Below the pieces are notes generated by a model that was given only the letters and a program-made list of their open reading frames with translations, did no database searches and was not told the origin of the DNA. DNA of 64,000 nt from a bacterium BMS3Abin08 (GTDB lineage Bacteria; Nitrospirota; Thermodesulfovibrionia; Thermodesulfovibrionales; JdFR-85): NCBI GenBank assembly GCA_002897935.1, contig BDTA01000081.1, positions 2,224 to 66,223 of the forward strand, given 5' to 3'. Position 1 is the stretch's first letter, and each line of letters starts with the position of its first letter. Shown one piece after another: positions 41,468 to 52,465 of the stretch. A program made the translations under genes and the position numbers.

Positions 41468-41669
41468 TCCAAAAACATGTAACGCCGGACTAATCATTGT
41501 AACATATCAATATTGTGTTAGAACAAGATGCGGGAAATACAGTGGTAACCTTAAGCTGCCCGGCCGTCTCTGCGGCTGGGAGGTTTGTTTGGAATGAGGG
41601 CAGAGTCGATCCTCTTCATTGACCTTGGAAAAACAGGCGGGGTAAAAAACTGGATTTTGATGTCCTCCT

Positions 41670-41903
41670 TTATTTCCCGTGCAGTCTCACTTTAACCTCA
41701 GCCCCTCCGTATCCATGTGCTTTGTCGTGTGCGCGTATTGTAACCTGAGAGATTGCCGGGGGGATCTTCACTCCAGTGAGTGACCGGGTAAACGGCTGTT
41801 CGGACAGGTATGGATGCAAAAGAACCCGGGTTCGGTTCAGTATATCCGCTTGTTTTGTGCAGTTAATACCTGCCATCCCTTCGGTTCCGGTAAGGTACAA
41901 CAA
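41670..41903 (-). CDS. hypothetical protein
   Basis: 77-aa ORF only. No motif recognised and the start is uncertain. Confidence 0.3.
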   Translation of the reverse strand: MLYLTGTEGMAGINCTKQADILNRTRVLLHPYLSEQPFTRSLTGVKIPPAISQVTIRAHDKAHGYGGAEVKVRLHGK

Positions 41904-41919
41904 ATCATGGACATCATGC

Positions 41920-42141
41920 TTAGGGTTTAAGTTCTATCGGGACATTCTTGGCCAAGGCCCCGCATTTTGGGCATTTATACTTTTTCCATCCCCATCCGAT
42001 AAAGATAAGACCCGGCACAATGTACGTAAATAACAGAACTACTGCTATAAATTGGGGTAATGAATAATTGGCAAGCCATGTTTTCATCTTACCCTCATAA
42101 CCACATCTTAAACACCGTCTGTCTGTCTTTCCATATGACAT
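41920..42141 (-). CDS. small membrane protein with split zinc-ribbon (CxxC ... TM ... CxxC)
   Basis: MSYGKTDRRCLRCGYEG...FIAVVLLFTYIVPGLIFIGWGW...KCPKCGA. Confidence 0.5.
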   Translation of the reverse strand: MSYGKTDRRCLRCGYEGKMKTWLANYSLPQFIAVVLLFTYIVPGLIFIGWGWKKYKCPKCGALAKNVPIELKP

Positions 42142-42202
42142 ATAGAACCTGAAACGATGCCCTGAGAGCTTTCAGGGGATTATGTTTTTGACACAGGAGC
42201 CG

Positions 42203-42685
42203 TCACTGCTTTATATGATAGGCTATTTCCTCTTGTTTTCTCCAGGTCTTGACGTTTCCGTCGGTAATCCCCGGTGTACACGGAAGCCCTTTGTGTTTCA
42301 ACACAGGAATGTTCCGTAATTCAGAGAAACAGAGACCACACATCGCAACGTCGTAGCTTTCCGGTTTCTCACTTCCAAGTTCTGCAACTCCCATTTCACT
42401 GAACTCTATATTTTGAGCGAGTTTTGCCTCCTCCGCCCGCTTTTGTGCAATTTCCATCATCCGGGAATTGACATCAATCCCCTTCAACTTTGCACCCTTC
42501 TTAGCGGCCCTCAGGGTCAAGGCCCCGGTTCCACAGCCAATATCAAGTACCCGCTGCCCCTCTTTTACGGGAGATATCAATCTGTCATAAGCCTTATCCA
42601 GTTTTCCAAGTGAGAGAATGCGAATACCCCTGTCATACCTGTCAGGAGCGGATTCGAGTATCTTCATTAATATGTAGGTGCTCAT
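42203..42685 (-). CDS. class I SAM-dependent methyltransferase
   Basis: VLDIGCGTGALTLRAAKKGAKLKGIDVNSRMMEIA (motif I / post-I). Start moved to MSTYILMK at 42685, because the track's 67-aa upstream extension runs through repeat sequence. Confidence 0.8.
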   Translation of the reverse strand: MSTYILMKILESAPDRYDRGIRILSLGKLDKAYDRLISPVKEGQRVLDIGCGTGALTLRAAKKGAKLKGIDVNSRMMEIAQKRAEEAKLAQNIEFSEMGVAELGSEKPESYDVAMCGLCFSELRNIPVLKHKGLPCTPGITDGNVKTWRKQEEIAYHIKQ

Positions 42686-42710
42686 TTGAATATTAATAAT
42701 AAATATAACA

Positions 42711-42900
42711 CCCTGCGGTCTCTGCCGCAGTTCCATATTTCTGTCATTATTTCTGTCATTCCGGCTTGTCCGGAATCTTTCATCTGAACCCAAACAATTC
42801 GAAGGATTCCCGACAAGCGGGAATGACACCGACAATAAACATACAATTTTCAGACGCCCTGCGGTCTCTGCCGCAGGGTAGTTCACTCGGCAGTTCCATA
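42711..42900. repeat. hairpin-module cassette bounded by a 20-bp direct repeat
   Basis: ccctgcggtctctgccgcag at 42711..42730 and 42857..42876, cagttccata at both ends. Interior gtcattccggcttgtccggaat and attcccgacaagcgggaatgac. Confidence 0.7.
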
Positions 42901-43166
42901 AAGGACAGATCAGGGGGCTTTCATCCTTTCAGAAGCGTGCAGTCGAGTTTCCCCTGCACAGGGCTCAAGCCCCTGTTGAGTTTTATTTTACCCGAATCCG
43001 GCGAAAATAGCGTCATGCAATGTGTTAGAAGCGATATGGCTGACCCTGACAGGACGTTTTCATTTTGCAACGACCGGGATGAATGACTGAGGATGGGAAA
43101 GATGATTTTTGTGATATAATTATGAGTTCCGCGTCATAATTAGTTCCGGTGGAACCTGGAGAGGTT

Positions 43167-45140
43167 ATGATTGAAGAGTTGACAGGGTATTTCGGGACGG
43201 GTGGCAGGCTTTCCTCCTGCCTCGATGGTTACGAGTACCGTCCTGAGCAGCACGAGATGGCTGAAAAGGTGCTCTCCGCCCTCAGGGGGGAGAATCACCT
43301 CATAGTCGAGGCAGGAACGGGGGTGGGGAAGAGCCTTGCCTATCTTATCCCCCTGATCGAGCATGTATCCGGGGGATCTGCCGGAAGGGCCGTGGTCTCC
43401 ACATACACAAAGGCCCTGCAGAGGCAGCTTGTTGAGAAGGACCTCCCCTTTCTGAAGGAGAACCTCTTCCCTGACATAGGGTTTGCACTTTGCCTCGGGA
43501 GCGAGAACTATCTGTGCCTGAGGAGACTTGACATCTCGAGGCAGCATGGGCTCTTCGACCCCGGGGATGAAGGGGAGATGAGGGACCTCCTTGAGTGGAG
43601 CGAATCAACAGACACGGGGCTTTATATGGAGATATCTCCTTCCTTTTCGCTATGGAGCAAGATCTGCCGCGAGCATGACCTGTGCCATGGAAGGGACTGC
43701 CGTTTTTATGACGGCTGCCCTTATCAGAGGGCAAAGGATCGGGAGCGGAAAAGCCGGATCCTCGTAACAAACCATCATCTCTTTTTTGCCCATATAGCCT
43801 CGGGCTGGAATGTCCTGCCGGGTTTTGAGACAGTGGTTTTTGATGAGGCTCACGAGGTGGAAAGGGTGGCGTCCGACTATCTTGGTGTAGAGGTTTCGAA
43901 TACAAAGCTCAGATATCTCCTCGATTCAATACTCTCAAAGAAAAGGAAGGGGCTTCTGGCGAGGTTGAGCTGGCTTGATGATGGTAGGTTTTCGGGGATT
44001 GCTGCCATTGTTGAGCGGGTGAGGGGGCAGGGGGAGAGGTTCTTTGCTGATGTGGCGGTATGGCTCGGTCAGGACAAGGCGAAGAGGATCAGGAGCAAAG
44101 GACAGTTTGTGGACATAATAACCGAGCATCTCGATACGCTGAGGGCGGAGATTTACAAACTCTACGACGCTGCCCTGGATAAGGAAGAAAAAAAGGACAT
44201 TCACGCCATTGAGGAGCGATGCAGGGTATTCATTGACTCGATGGAAACGGTGCTTGAACAGGGGCTTGAGGGATATGTCTACTGGACAGAGGTTGACGGG
44301 AGAAAAACGAGACTTTCGGCAACCCCGATAGAGCCCGGCGGGATACTGAGACCCCAGCTGTTTGAAGTAGTGTCACCGGTGATTCTGACCTCTGCCACCC
44401 TTTCCGTGAGGGGCTCTTTTTCGTATATCAAAGACAGGCTTGGCCTTGAAGAGGCGGATACCATGCTCCTTGAGTCGCCTTTTGCATTCAGGGAACAGAT
44501 GCTTCTTTATCTCCCGGGGGGCCTCCCAATGCCGGGGGCGGATGATTATGATGAGGGTATTTACAGGGAAGTGGAGAGGATTTTAGGGCTTACGGGCGGC
44601 AGGACGCTTGTACTCTTCACAAATTATGCAATGCTGAACAGGGTATGCGGGTTGATGCGCCTCAAAGGGATAAGTGTCCTGAAGCAGGGGGAGGCGGACA
44701 GCTATACGCTGATCAACAGATTCAAGGCAGACGGCCATTCAGTGCTTTTCGGGACTTACACGTTCTGGCAGGGGGTGGACATACCGGGTGATGACCTCCA
44801 GTGTGTGGTGATAACAAAGCTTCCATTTTCCGTGCCCACTGATCCCGTTGTGGAGGCCAGGATGGAGGCCCTCTCTGAAGAAGGTAAGGATCCTTTCTAT
44901 TCATTCCAGGTCCCGCAGGCGATAATCACCTTCAAACAGGGCTTCGGAAGGCTCATCCGCACTGCCCGTGACCACGGCATTGTGGCAGTACTTGACAGCA
45001 GGATAAAGAGAAGGGCCTATGGCAGGGCCTTCCTTGAGTCGATCCCCGAGGTTGAGATTGTGAGAGACATGGATACACTCAGGGAGAGGTTTGAGAAACA
45101 GAAGCTGAATTTTCAACCCGGTGAGGCCGTGAATGGCTGA
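43167..45140 (+). CDS. dinG: DinG/Rad3-family ATP-dependent DNA helicase with Fe-S cluster cysteines
   Basis: Walker A EAGTGVGKSLAYL, DEAH box VVFDEAHEV, four Cys (CLRRL..CREHDLCHGRDCRFYDGC), C-terminal motifs GTYTFWQGVD, FKQGFGRLIR. Track start 43149 (GTG) is also possible. Confidence 0.88.
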   Translation: MIEELTGYFGTGGRLSSCLDGYEYRPEQHEMAEKVLSALRGENHLIVEAGTGVGKSLAYLIPLIEHVSGGSAGRAVVSTYTKALQRQLVEKDLPFLKENLFPDIGFALCLGSENYLCLRRLDISRQHGLFDPGDEGEMRDLLEWSESTDTGLYMEISPSFSLWSKICREHDLCHGRDCRFYDGCPYQRAKDRERKSRILVTNHHLFFAHIASGWNVLPGFETVVFDEAHEVERVASDYLGVEVSNTKLRYLLDSILSKKRKGLLARLSWLDDGRFSGIAAIVERVRGQGERFFADVAVWLGQDKAKRIRSKGQFVDIITEHLDTLRAEIYKLYDAALDKEEKKDIHAIEERCRVFIDSMETVLEQGLEGYVYWTEVDGRKTRLSATPIEPGGILRPQLFEVVSPVILTSATLSVRGSFSYIKDRLGLEEADTMLLESPFAFREQMLLYLPGGLPMPGADDYDEGIYREVERILGLTGGRTLVLFTNYAMLNRVCGLMRLKGISVLKQGEADSYTLINRFKADGHSVLFGTYTFWQGVDIPGDDLQCVVITKLPFSVPTDPVVEARMEALSEEGKDPFYSFQVPQAIITFKQGFGRLIRTARDHGIVAVLDSRIKRRAYGRAFLESIPEVEIVRDMDTLRERFEKQKLNFQPGEAVNG

Positions 45141-45615
45141 TAAAGGACGCGGGGAGATAATTTCCGTAGGTGGCGGCAAGGGCGGGGTAGGTAAGAGCAT
45201 ACAGGGTTCCCGAGGGGCAGACCCATATACTTGTGCGAAACCTCATTCAGCTTTGTTCCGACAAGATCGGGATAAGTATCAATCATATCGGTAACCTGCC
45301 CGAGACAAGGGAGGTATCACACTATCTGCTTAACATCCCCCGGTTCCTTGATACGGAAGTGGGCGGAAAGTATTTTAATGCCGTTGAAGGTTCTCTTTCA
45401 GGACTGCTGGGGGTTCCGGAGGAGACCCGTATTGAGCAGTGGTCGGGGATTGATTTTACCGACGATGAGATTGAAGAGTTGATCGGATTTATTGAAGGGC
45501 TTGATGAGGGTTTTTTACCGGGACAAACAGGGAGATCTGGAAACTCAGGTTGTTCTACAGGCCGGAAGAGGTGGTTGCCTTCCTCATCAGCAGAGGTGTC
45601 ACGCACGAGTTGTTT
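45133..45615 (+). pseudogene. decayed MinD/ParA-family P-loop ATPase
   Basis: Frame 1: MADKGRGEIISVGGGKGGVGKS (deviant Walker A), then a stop after 55 codons. Frame 2 from about 45191: HILVRNLIQLCSDKIGISINHIGNLPETREV resembles the C-terminal third of MinD-like ATPases. The middle of the gene is absent. Confidence 0.6.
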
Positions 45616-45675
45616 TACAATTAATCAAATTTTCCTTGCATTGGCAAGCTCCGACCCTTGGTCGGAGAGCTTTAC
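45616..45675. repeat. family A repeat, right half only
   Basis: tacaattaatcaaattttccttgcattggcaagctccgacccttggtcggagagctttac. Confidence 0.8.
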
Positions 45676-45700
45676 AGGGGATGATTCATGAGCCAGACTC

Positions 45701-48163
<2,463 letters not shown>

Positions 48164-48313
48164 TTAGTGTCTGTGTATAAACTGCTGTTTTTAATTCCTG
48201 TCATGCCCGAAGTCTGTAGTCGGGTATCCAGAACTTATTGATAAAGACTGGATTCCGGCTTAAGGACTGCCGGAATGACAGATAGAAAGACTGACTTTAT
48301 ACACAGACACTAA
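48164..48313. mobile_element. family B1 MITE-like element, second copy
   Basis: ttagtgtctgtgtataaa ... tttatacacagacactaa. Colinear with 38086..38233, with scattered substitutions. Confidence 0.8.
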
Positions 48314-48316
48314 TTA

Positions 48317-48477
48317 GGCCTGTGTATAAAGTCGAACAGTTGTCTTTTTTCCGTCATTCCGGCTTGTCCGGAATCGTTCAAGGCGCATAGCGCATAGCGG
48401 TCGTTATTTCGTCATTCCCCAGAAAGCGTTCGGGATTGCGGGAATGACAAATAACTGTAATTTATACACATACTCTA
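48317..48477. mobile_element. family B2 mosaic MITE-like element
   Basis: cctgtgtataaagtcgaa ... taatttatacacatactcta. Interior modules gtcattccggcttgtccggaat, (gcgcata)2, gtcattcccc..gcgggaatgac. Confidence 0.78.
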
Positions 48478-48479
48478 AC

Positions 48480-48689
48480 TTAACGCCGCTTTTGTTTTGT
48501 TTCTTTTAAGAGAGATAACCCGAATTTGAAAAAGACTATGGCGAAAACAATGGATAACAGGCTTAACAGGGCTGCCTTCGTCGATCCCTTGCTCAGCCCT
48601 GCCAGAAGAAGCGGGAATCCAAATACCAGGAGACTTATGGCAAGGACAAAAAGCAGGGTCGATACTATCTTGATATGTATTTTTTTCAT
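48480..48689 (-). CDS. small two-TM membrane protein, hypothetical
   Basis: MKKIHIKIVSTLLFVLAISLLVFGFPLLLAG...LLSLLSIVFAIVFFKFGL. No homology recognised. Confidence 0.4.
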   Translation of the reverse strand: MKKIHIKIVSTLLFVLAISLLVFGFPLLLAGLSKGSTKAALLSLLSIVFAIVFFKFGLSLLKETKQKRR

Positions 48690-48892
48690 CTGAAACAATC
48701 CGGGAGTTTCTACTTTCAAAAGATACCGTTCTATTTTACCTGAATCAGTTGCTGAGGTAAAGGGTGTAACGGGGAGGGATTTGAATGTTAGTTGAGAAGA
48801 GCCCTCCAGCCCTGTTTAACCCATGTCTCCATACCCTCTTCGGGATGCACATATTTTTCTGTCAATCCATGAAGAGGGCAGATGGATAATGG

Positions 48893-49045
48893 CTTTTCGT
48901 CTCATTCTCGTTCCGACATCAAGTCGGGACTCCGAGGCAGGCAATCGGCTTCACCCCCCCTGTGAAGCCGATTGCCTGGAAACCGCTCAAAGCCATTACC
49001 CATCTGCCCTCAACTTGACCTGCGAGTCAAAGGGCAGGTTTGGAG
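48893..49045. repeat. family C structured repeat, full-length copy
   Basis: Hairpin gtcccgac-like module, a perfect 17-bp stem caggcaatcggcttcac / gtgaagccgattgcctg (48938..48978), and a second hairpin ctgccct...agggcag (49004..49037). Confidence 0.75.
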
Positions 49046-49147
49046 CTTTGGGCGTCGTTGTTTACCTTCTCCAATCATTGTTGCTATACTATCATTCATT
49101 CATTTGCCTTTAAAGCTAACTTTTTGACAGTTAAAGGAGAAAATATC

Positions 49148-51412
49148 ATGATTAAAAGGATTTTCTCGAAATTCCTTGTTGTTATGCTCCTGCTCTCTAT
49201 GATTTCCCCTGTTGTTGTAAGGGATTCTTATGCTCAGGGGTCTCCGATAGTGAATTCCATCGAGATAAGAGGGGTGAAGAGGATTGAAGAAGGTGCAGTG
49301 AGAAACAGGATATCCCAGAAGATAGGAGAACCGCTATCGAGGGAAAAGCTGGCAGAGGATATTAAGAAAATATACAGTATGGGGTATTTTAAGGATGTTA
49401 AGGTGGAGACCGAATTTTTCGAGGGCGGGTTAAGACTTATCTATGTGGTTAAAGAGAAGCCCACCATTGTGAGGGTCGGGTTTGACGGGAACAGGGAGTT
49501 TGATGACGAAAAGCTGAGAGAAAAGATTACCATCACCCCCGGGGCGATATCGGATGTTACCCTGATACAGGATAACGTTAACAAGTTAAGGGCCTTTTAT
49601 GAATCCGAAGGATACTGGCACGCCGGGATTGTGCCTGTTGTAAGGAATATAACCGACGCCGAGGTGAGCCTTTCCTTTTTGATAAAAGAGGGTGAAAAGG
49701 TGAGGATCAAGTCCATAGATATTGTCGGCAACGAGGCCATCTCGGACAGAAGGATCAAGAAGGTGATGAAGACCGGCAGTTGGTGGATTTTTTCCTTTAT
49801 CACGAAGACCGGATATTACGAGAAGACAGAGATGGCTGCTGATCTGGAGCGGATCAGGAACCTTTATTACGACAACGGGTATCTCAATGTTATCGTGTCG
49901 GACCCGGAGATAAGCCTCTCCGACGACGGCAAAAAGATGACCATAACCATCCGCATCTCAGAGGGTCCCCGGTACAGGGTTGCCGGCATCAGGTTTAAAG
50001 GGGAGAAGGCCACGGAAGAGAAAAAACTCAGGGATCTCCTTCCTCTCAAAAAGGGTGACGTGTTCAGCAAAAAGAAACTCACCGATGGGATCAGGAATAT
50101 TACCGTGCATTATGCCGAACATGGATATGCGATGGCATCGGTTGAGCCCGATGTTGTAACGGATGCAAAGAACAAGACCGTGGATGTCGTTCTGAATATT
50201 GATCCGGGCGAGATTTTCCATATCGGCCGTATTGAGATTATCGGTAATACCAAGACGGAGGATAAGGTTATCAGGAGGGAAGTAAGGCTTAACGAGGGCG
50301 ATATGTTCAACAGCAAGCTCCTCAAGAGGAGCTACGAAAGGATCAATAACCTGAATTACTTTGAGAAGGTTGACCTTGTGCCCAAGCCACACTTTAAGGA
50401 GAAGACTATAGACATAGATATCAAGGTCAAAGAGAAGGCTACCGGGTTTCTTAGTATCGGAGGCGGATACAGTACCGTTGACAAGCTTGTGGGTTTGGTT
50501 GACCTTACCCAGGCTAATCTCTTCGGAACCGGAAGGTATGTCAAGATAAAGGCTGAACTCGGAGGCAGTTCGAGTTTTTATGAGTTGTCCTACCGCGACC
50601 CGTGGTTTCTGGATAAACCCATCTCATTGACGTTGAGCGCTTACAATACAACGAGGGACTTTATTGCATATGACCGAAAGGCCACAGGAGCTTCGATAGG
50701 CTTCGGTAAGAGGTTTGGAGAGTACTGGTCTGCGGGGCTTACATACAGGTTTGAGAAAGCGACCATATCCAACGTTGCCGACGGTGCTTCAAATATAATA
50801 GTGGACCAGATCGGGTCGAAGACGACAAGCAGTATAACCGGCACTGGAACAAGGGACAGCCGGGACAATTTCATCGATCCGTCCCGTGGATCAAGAAACT
50901 CCCTGACGGTTACATACGCAGGTATAGCCGGTGACAATTACTATTTAAAGGGGTTGATTGATTCCGGGTGGTTCTTCCCTATAGGAAGGACAACCGTATC
51001 GCTGCGCTGCAGGATAGGTTATGCAACGGCCCTGTTTAACAGGCAGTATCCCCTTTATGAACGTTTCTACGTGGGAGGGATGTATACGGTAAGGGGCCTG
51101 GGGTTTGGAGAGGCCGGGCCACGTGATGAGAACGGGGATGTGATCGGAGGAATGTCGGAACTGGTTCTGAATGCAGAGTATATCTTTCCCCTCTTTGAAG
51201 AGGCAAAACTCAAGGGTGTGGTGTTTTTTGATGCGGGCCGTGCTTATGATGATTCCGAGACCTTCGGCAGTGATCTCAGGTACACCACCGGCGCCGGCAT
51301 AAGGTGGCTTTCGCCCTTTGGGCCGATAAGGATCGAGTATGGCTTTAACCTTGACAGGCGTGAAGATGAAAATGCGGGCAAGATAGAGTTTGCCTTTGGA
51401 AGCATCTTTTAG
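49148..51412 (+). CDS. bamA: outer membrane protein assembly factor BamA
   Basis: Signal peptide MIKRIFSKFLVVMLLLSMISPVVV, POTRA repeats (IEIRGVKRIEEGAVRNRI...), C-terminal beta-barrel ending EFAFGSIF. The track start 49040 runs into repeat C. Confidence 0.95.
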   Translation: MIKRIFSKFLVVMLLLSMISPVVVRDSYAQGSPIVNSIEIRGVKRIEEGAVRNRISQKIGEPLSREKLAEDIKKIYSMGYFKDVKVETEFFEGGLRLIYVVKEKPTIVRVGFDGNREFDDEKLREKITITPGAISDVTLIQDNVNKLRAFYESEGYWHAGIVPVVRNITDAEVSLSFLIKEGEKVRIKSIDIVGNEAISDRRIKKVMKTGSWWIFSFITKTGYYEKTEMAADLERIRNLYYDNGYLNVIVSDPEISLSDDGKKMTITIRISEGPRYRVAGIRFKGEKATEEKKLRDLLPLKKGDVFSKKKLTDGIRNITVHYAEHGYAMASVEPDVVTDAKNKTVDVVLNIDPGEIFHIGRIEIIGNTKTEDKVIRREVRLNEGDMFNSKLLKRSYERINNLNYFEKVDLVPKPHFKEKTIDIDIKVKEKATGFLSIGGGYSTVDKLVGLVDLTQANLFGTGRYVKIKAELGGSSSFYELSYRDPWFLDKPISLTLSAYNTTRDFIAYDRKATGASIGFGKRFGEYWSAGLTYRFEKATISNVADGASNIIVDQIGSKTTSSITGTGTRDSRDNFIDPSRGSRNSLTVTYAGIAGDNYYLKGLIDSGWFFPIGRTTVSLRCRIGYATALFNRQYPLYERFYVGGMYTVRGLGFGEAGPRDENGDVIGGMSELVLNAEYIFPLFEEAKLKGVVFFDAGRAYDDSETFGSDLRYTTGAGIRWLSPFGPIRIEYGFNLDRREDENAGKIEFAFGSIF

Positions 51413-51534
51413 GAGGTCTGTTGAATAAGGGAATTGTGTGGTTTCCGGGAGACCGGAAACACCGCAAGACAGACTCTCGACAGGCTGCTGAAAAACTGAT
51501 GAACCGTGCGCCGTGTCATGCCGGATCCCGGGTT

Positions 51535-51709
51535 GGAGTTTGTGTGTAAGTTGCGATTCTTTGTCATTCCCGAAGAAGGATTCCGGACAAGCCGGAATAA
51601 CAGAATAACGAACGCTATGCGCTATGCCCTATGCGCCTTGAACGATTCCCCGAACGTTTTCGGGGAATGACGGAAAAACGACGACTTTTCGACTTTGTAC
51701 ACAGACTCG
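51535..51709. mobile_element. family B2 mosaic MITE-like element (inverted relative to 48317..48477)
   Basis: ggagtttgtgtgtaag ... ctttgtacacagactcg. Three heptamer units cgctatg-cgctatg-ccctatg. Module ttccccgaacgttttcggggaa. Confidence 0.78.
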
Positions 51710-51928
51710 AATCAAGCGGGGACATTCAGGAGAACCCATAAGGAAGAGACACTTAAACAATACCCCGGGAGTTTTCGGGGCACATGGCATCAGGGCCTGC
51801 CCTGAACTCAGTTCAGGGGTGACAACTAACGGCTTTTTTTCAGCGGTATGTTGAAAAAAGGACGTTTAAATTTAACCCTTTTCAACAATGAAATGGGTAA
51901 AAACCCGGAAAATATTAAGGAGGATAAG

Positions 51929-52465
51929 ATGAAAAAGGCAGCAGGTATCTCATTGTTTTTCTTGCTCTTCGGCGCGTTATTCCTTGGTTCAGTCGCGTAT
52001 GGCGCGGATTTGAAGGTCGGTTATGTTGACATGCAGAGGGCTTTGAACGAATCGGGAATCGGGAAGAAGGCCAAGGCAGACCTTGAAAGCCTGATAAAGT
52101 CAAAACAGACGGTGATTGATGAAAAGGGCAAGGAGGTGGAGGCCTTCAGGAAGGAACTGGACAAGCAGGGAACAATTCTTTCCGATGAGGCACGCAAGAC
52201 CAAGCAGGATGAACTCGACAGGAAGATGAGGGATTACAAGAGACTCGTTCAGGATGCCCAGGCAGAGGTGAAGAAAAAGGAGAATGAATTGACCGGGCAG
52301 ATTCTGCTGGAGATAAAAAATATCGTAAAGGAGATAGGCAAAAAAGAGAACTACACCTTAATACTGGAGAATTTTCAAGAGGTTCTGCTATATGTTGATA
52401 AGCGGATTGACCTTACTGACAAGGTTATCAAGATACTCAGCGAGAAGATGAAAGCGAAGAAATGA
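51929..52465 (+). CDS. skp: periplasmic chaperone Skp/OmpH
   Basis: Signal peptide, [21 protein letters not shown], coiled-coil Lys/Glu-rich body. ATG at 51929 follows AAGGAGG. Confidence 0.88.
   Translation: MKKAAGISLFFLLFGALFLGSVAYGADLKVGYVDMQRALNESGIGKKAKADLESLIKSKQTVIDEKGKEVEAFRKELDKQGTILSDEARKTKQDELDRKMRDYKRLVQDAQAEVKKKENELTGQILLEIKNIVKEIGKKENYTLILENFQEVLLYVDKRIDLTDKVIKILSEKMKAKK

Noticed and set aside
41370-41597. 75-aa plus-strand ORF (MSQYGAEGGIRTPTE...)
   Set aside because: It is the antisense translation of tRNA-Leu(CAG).
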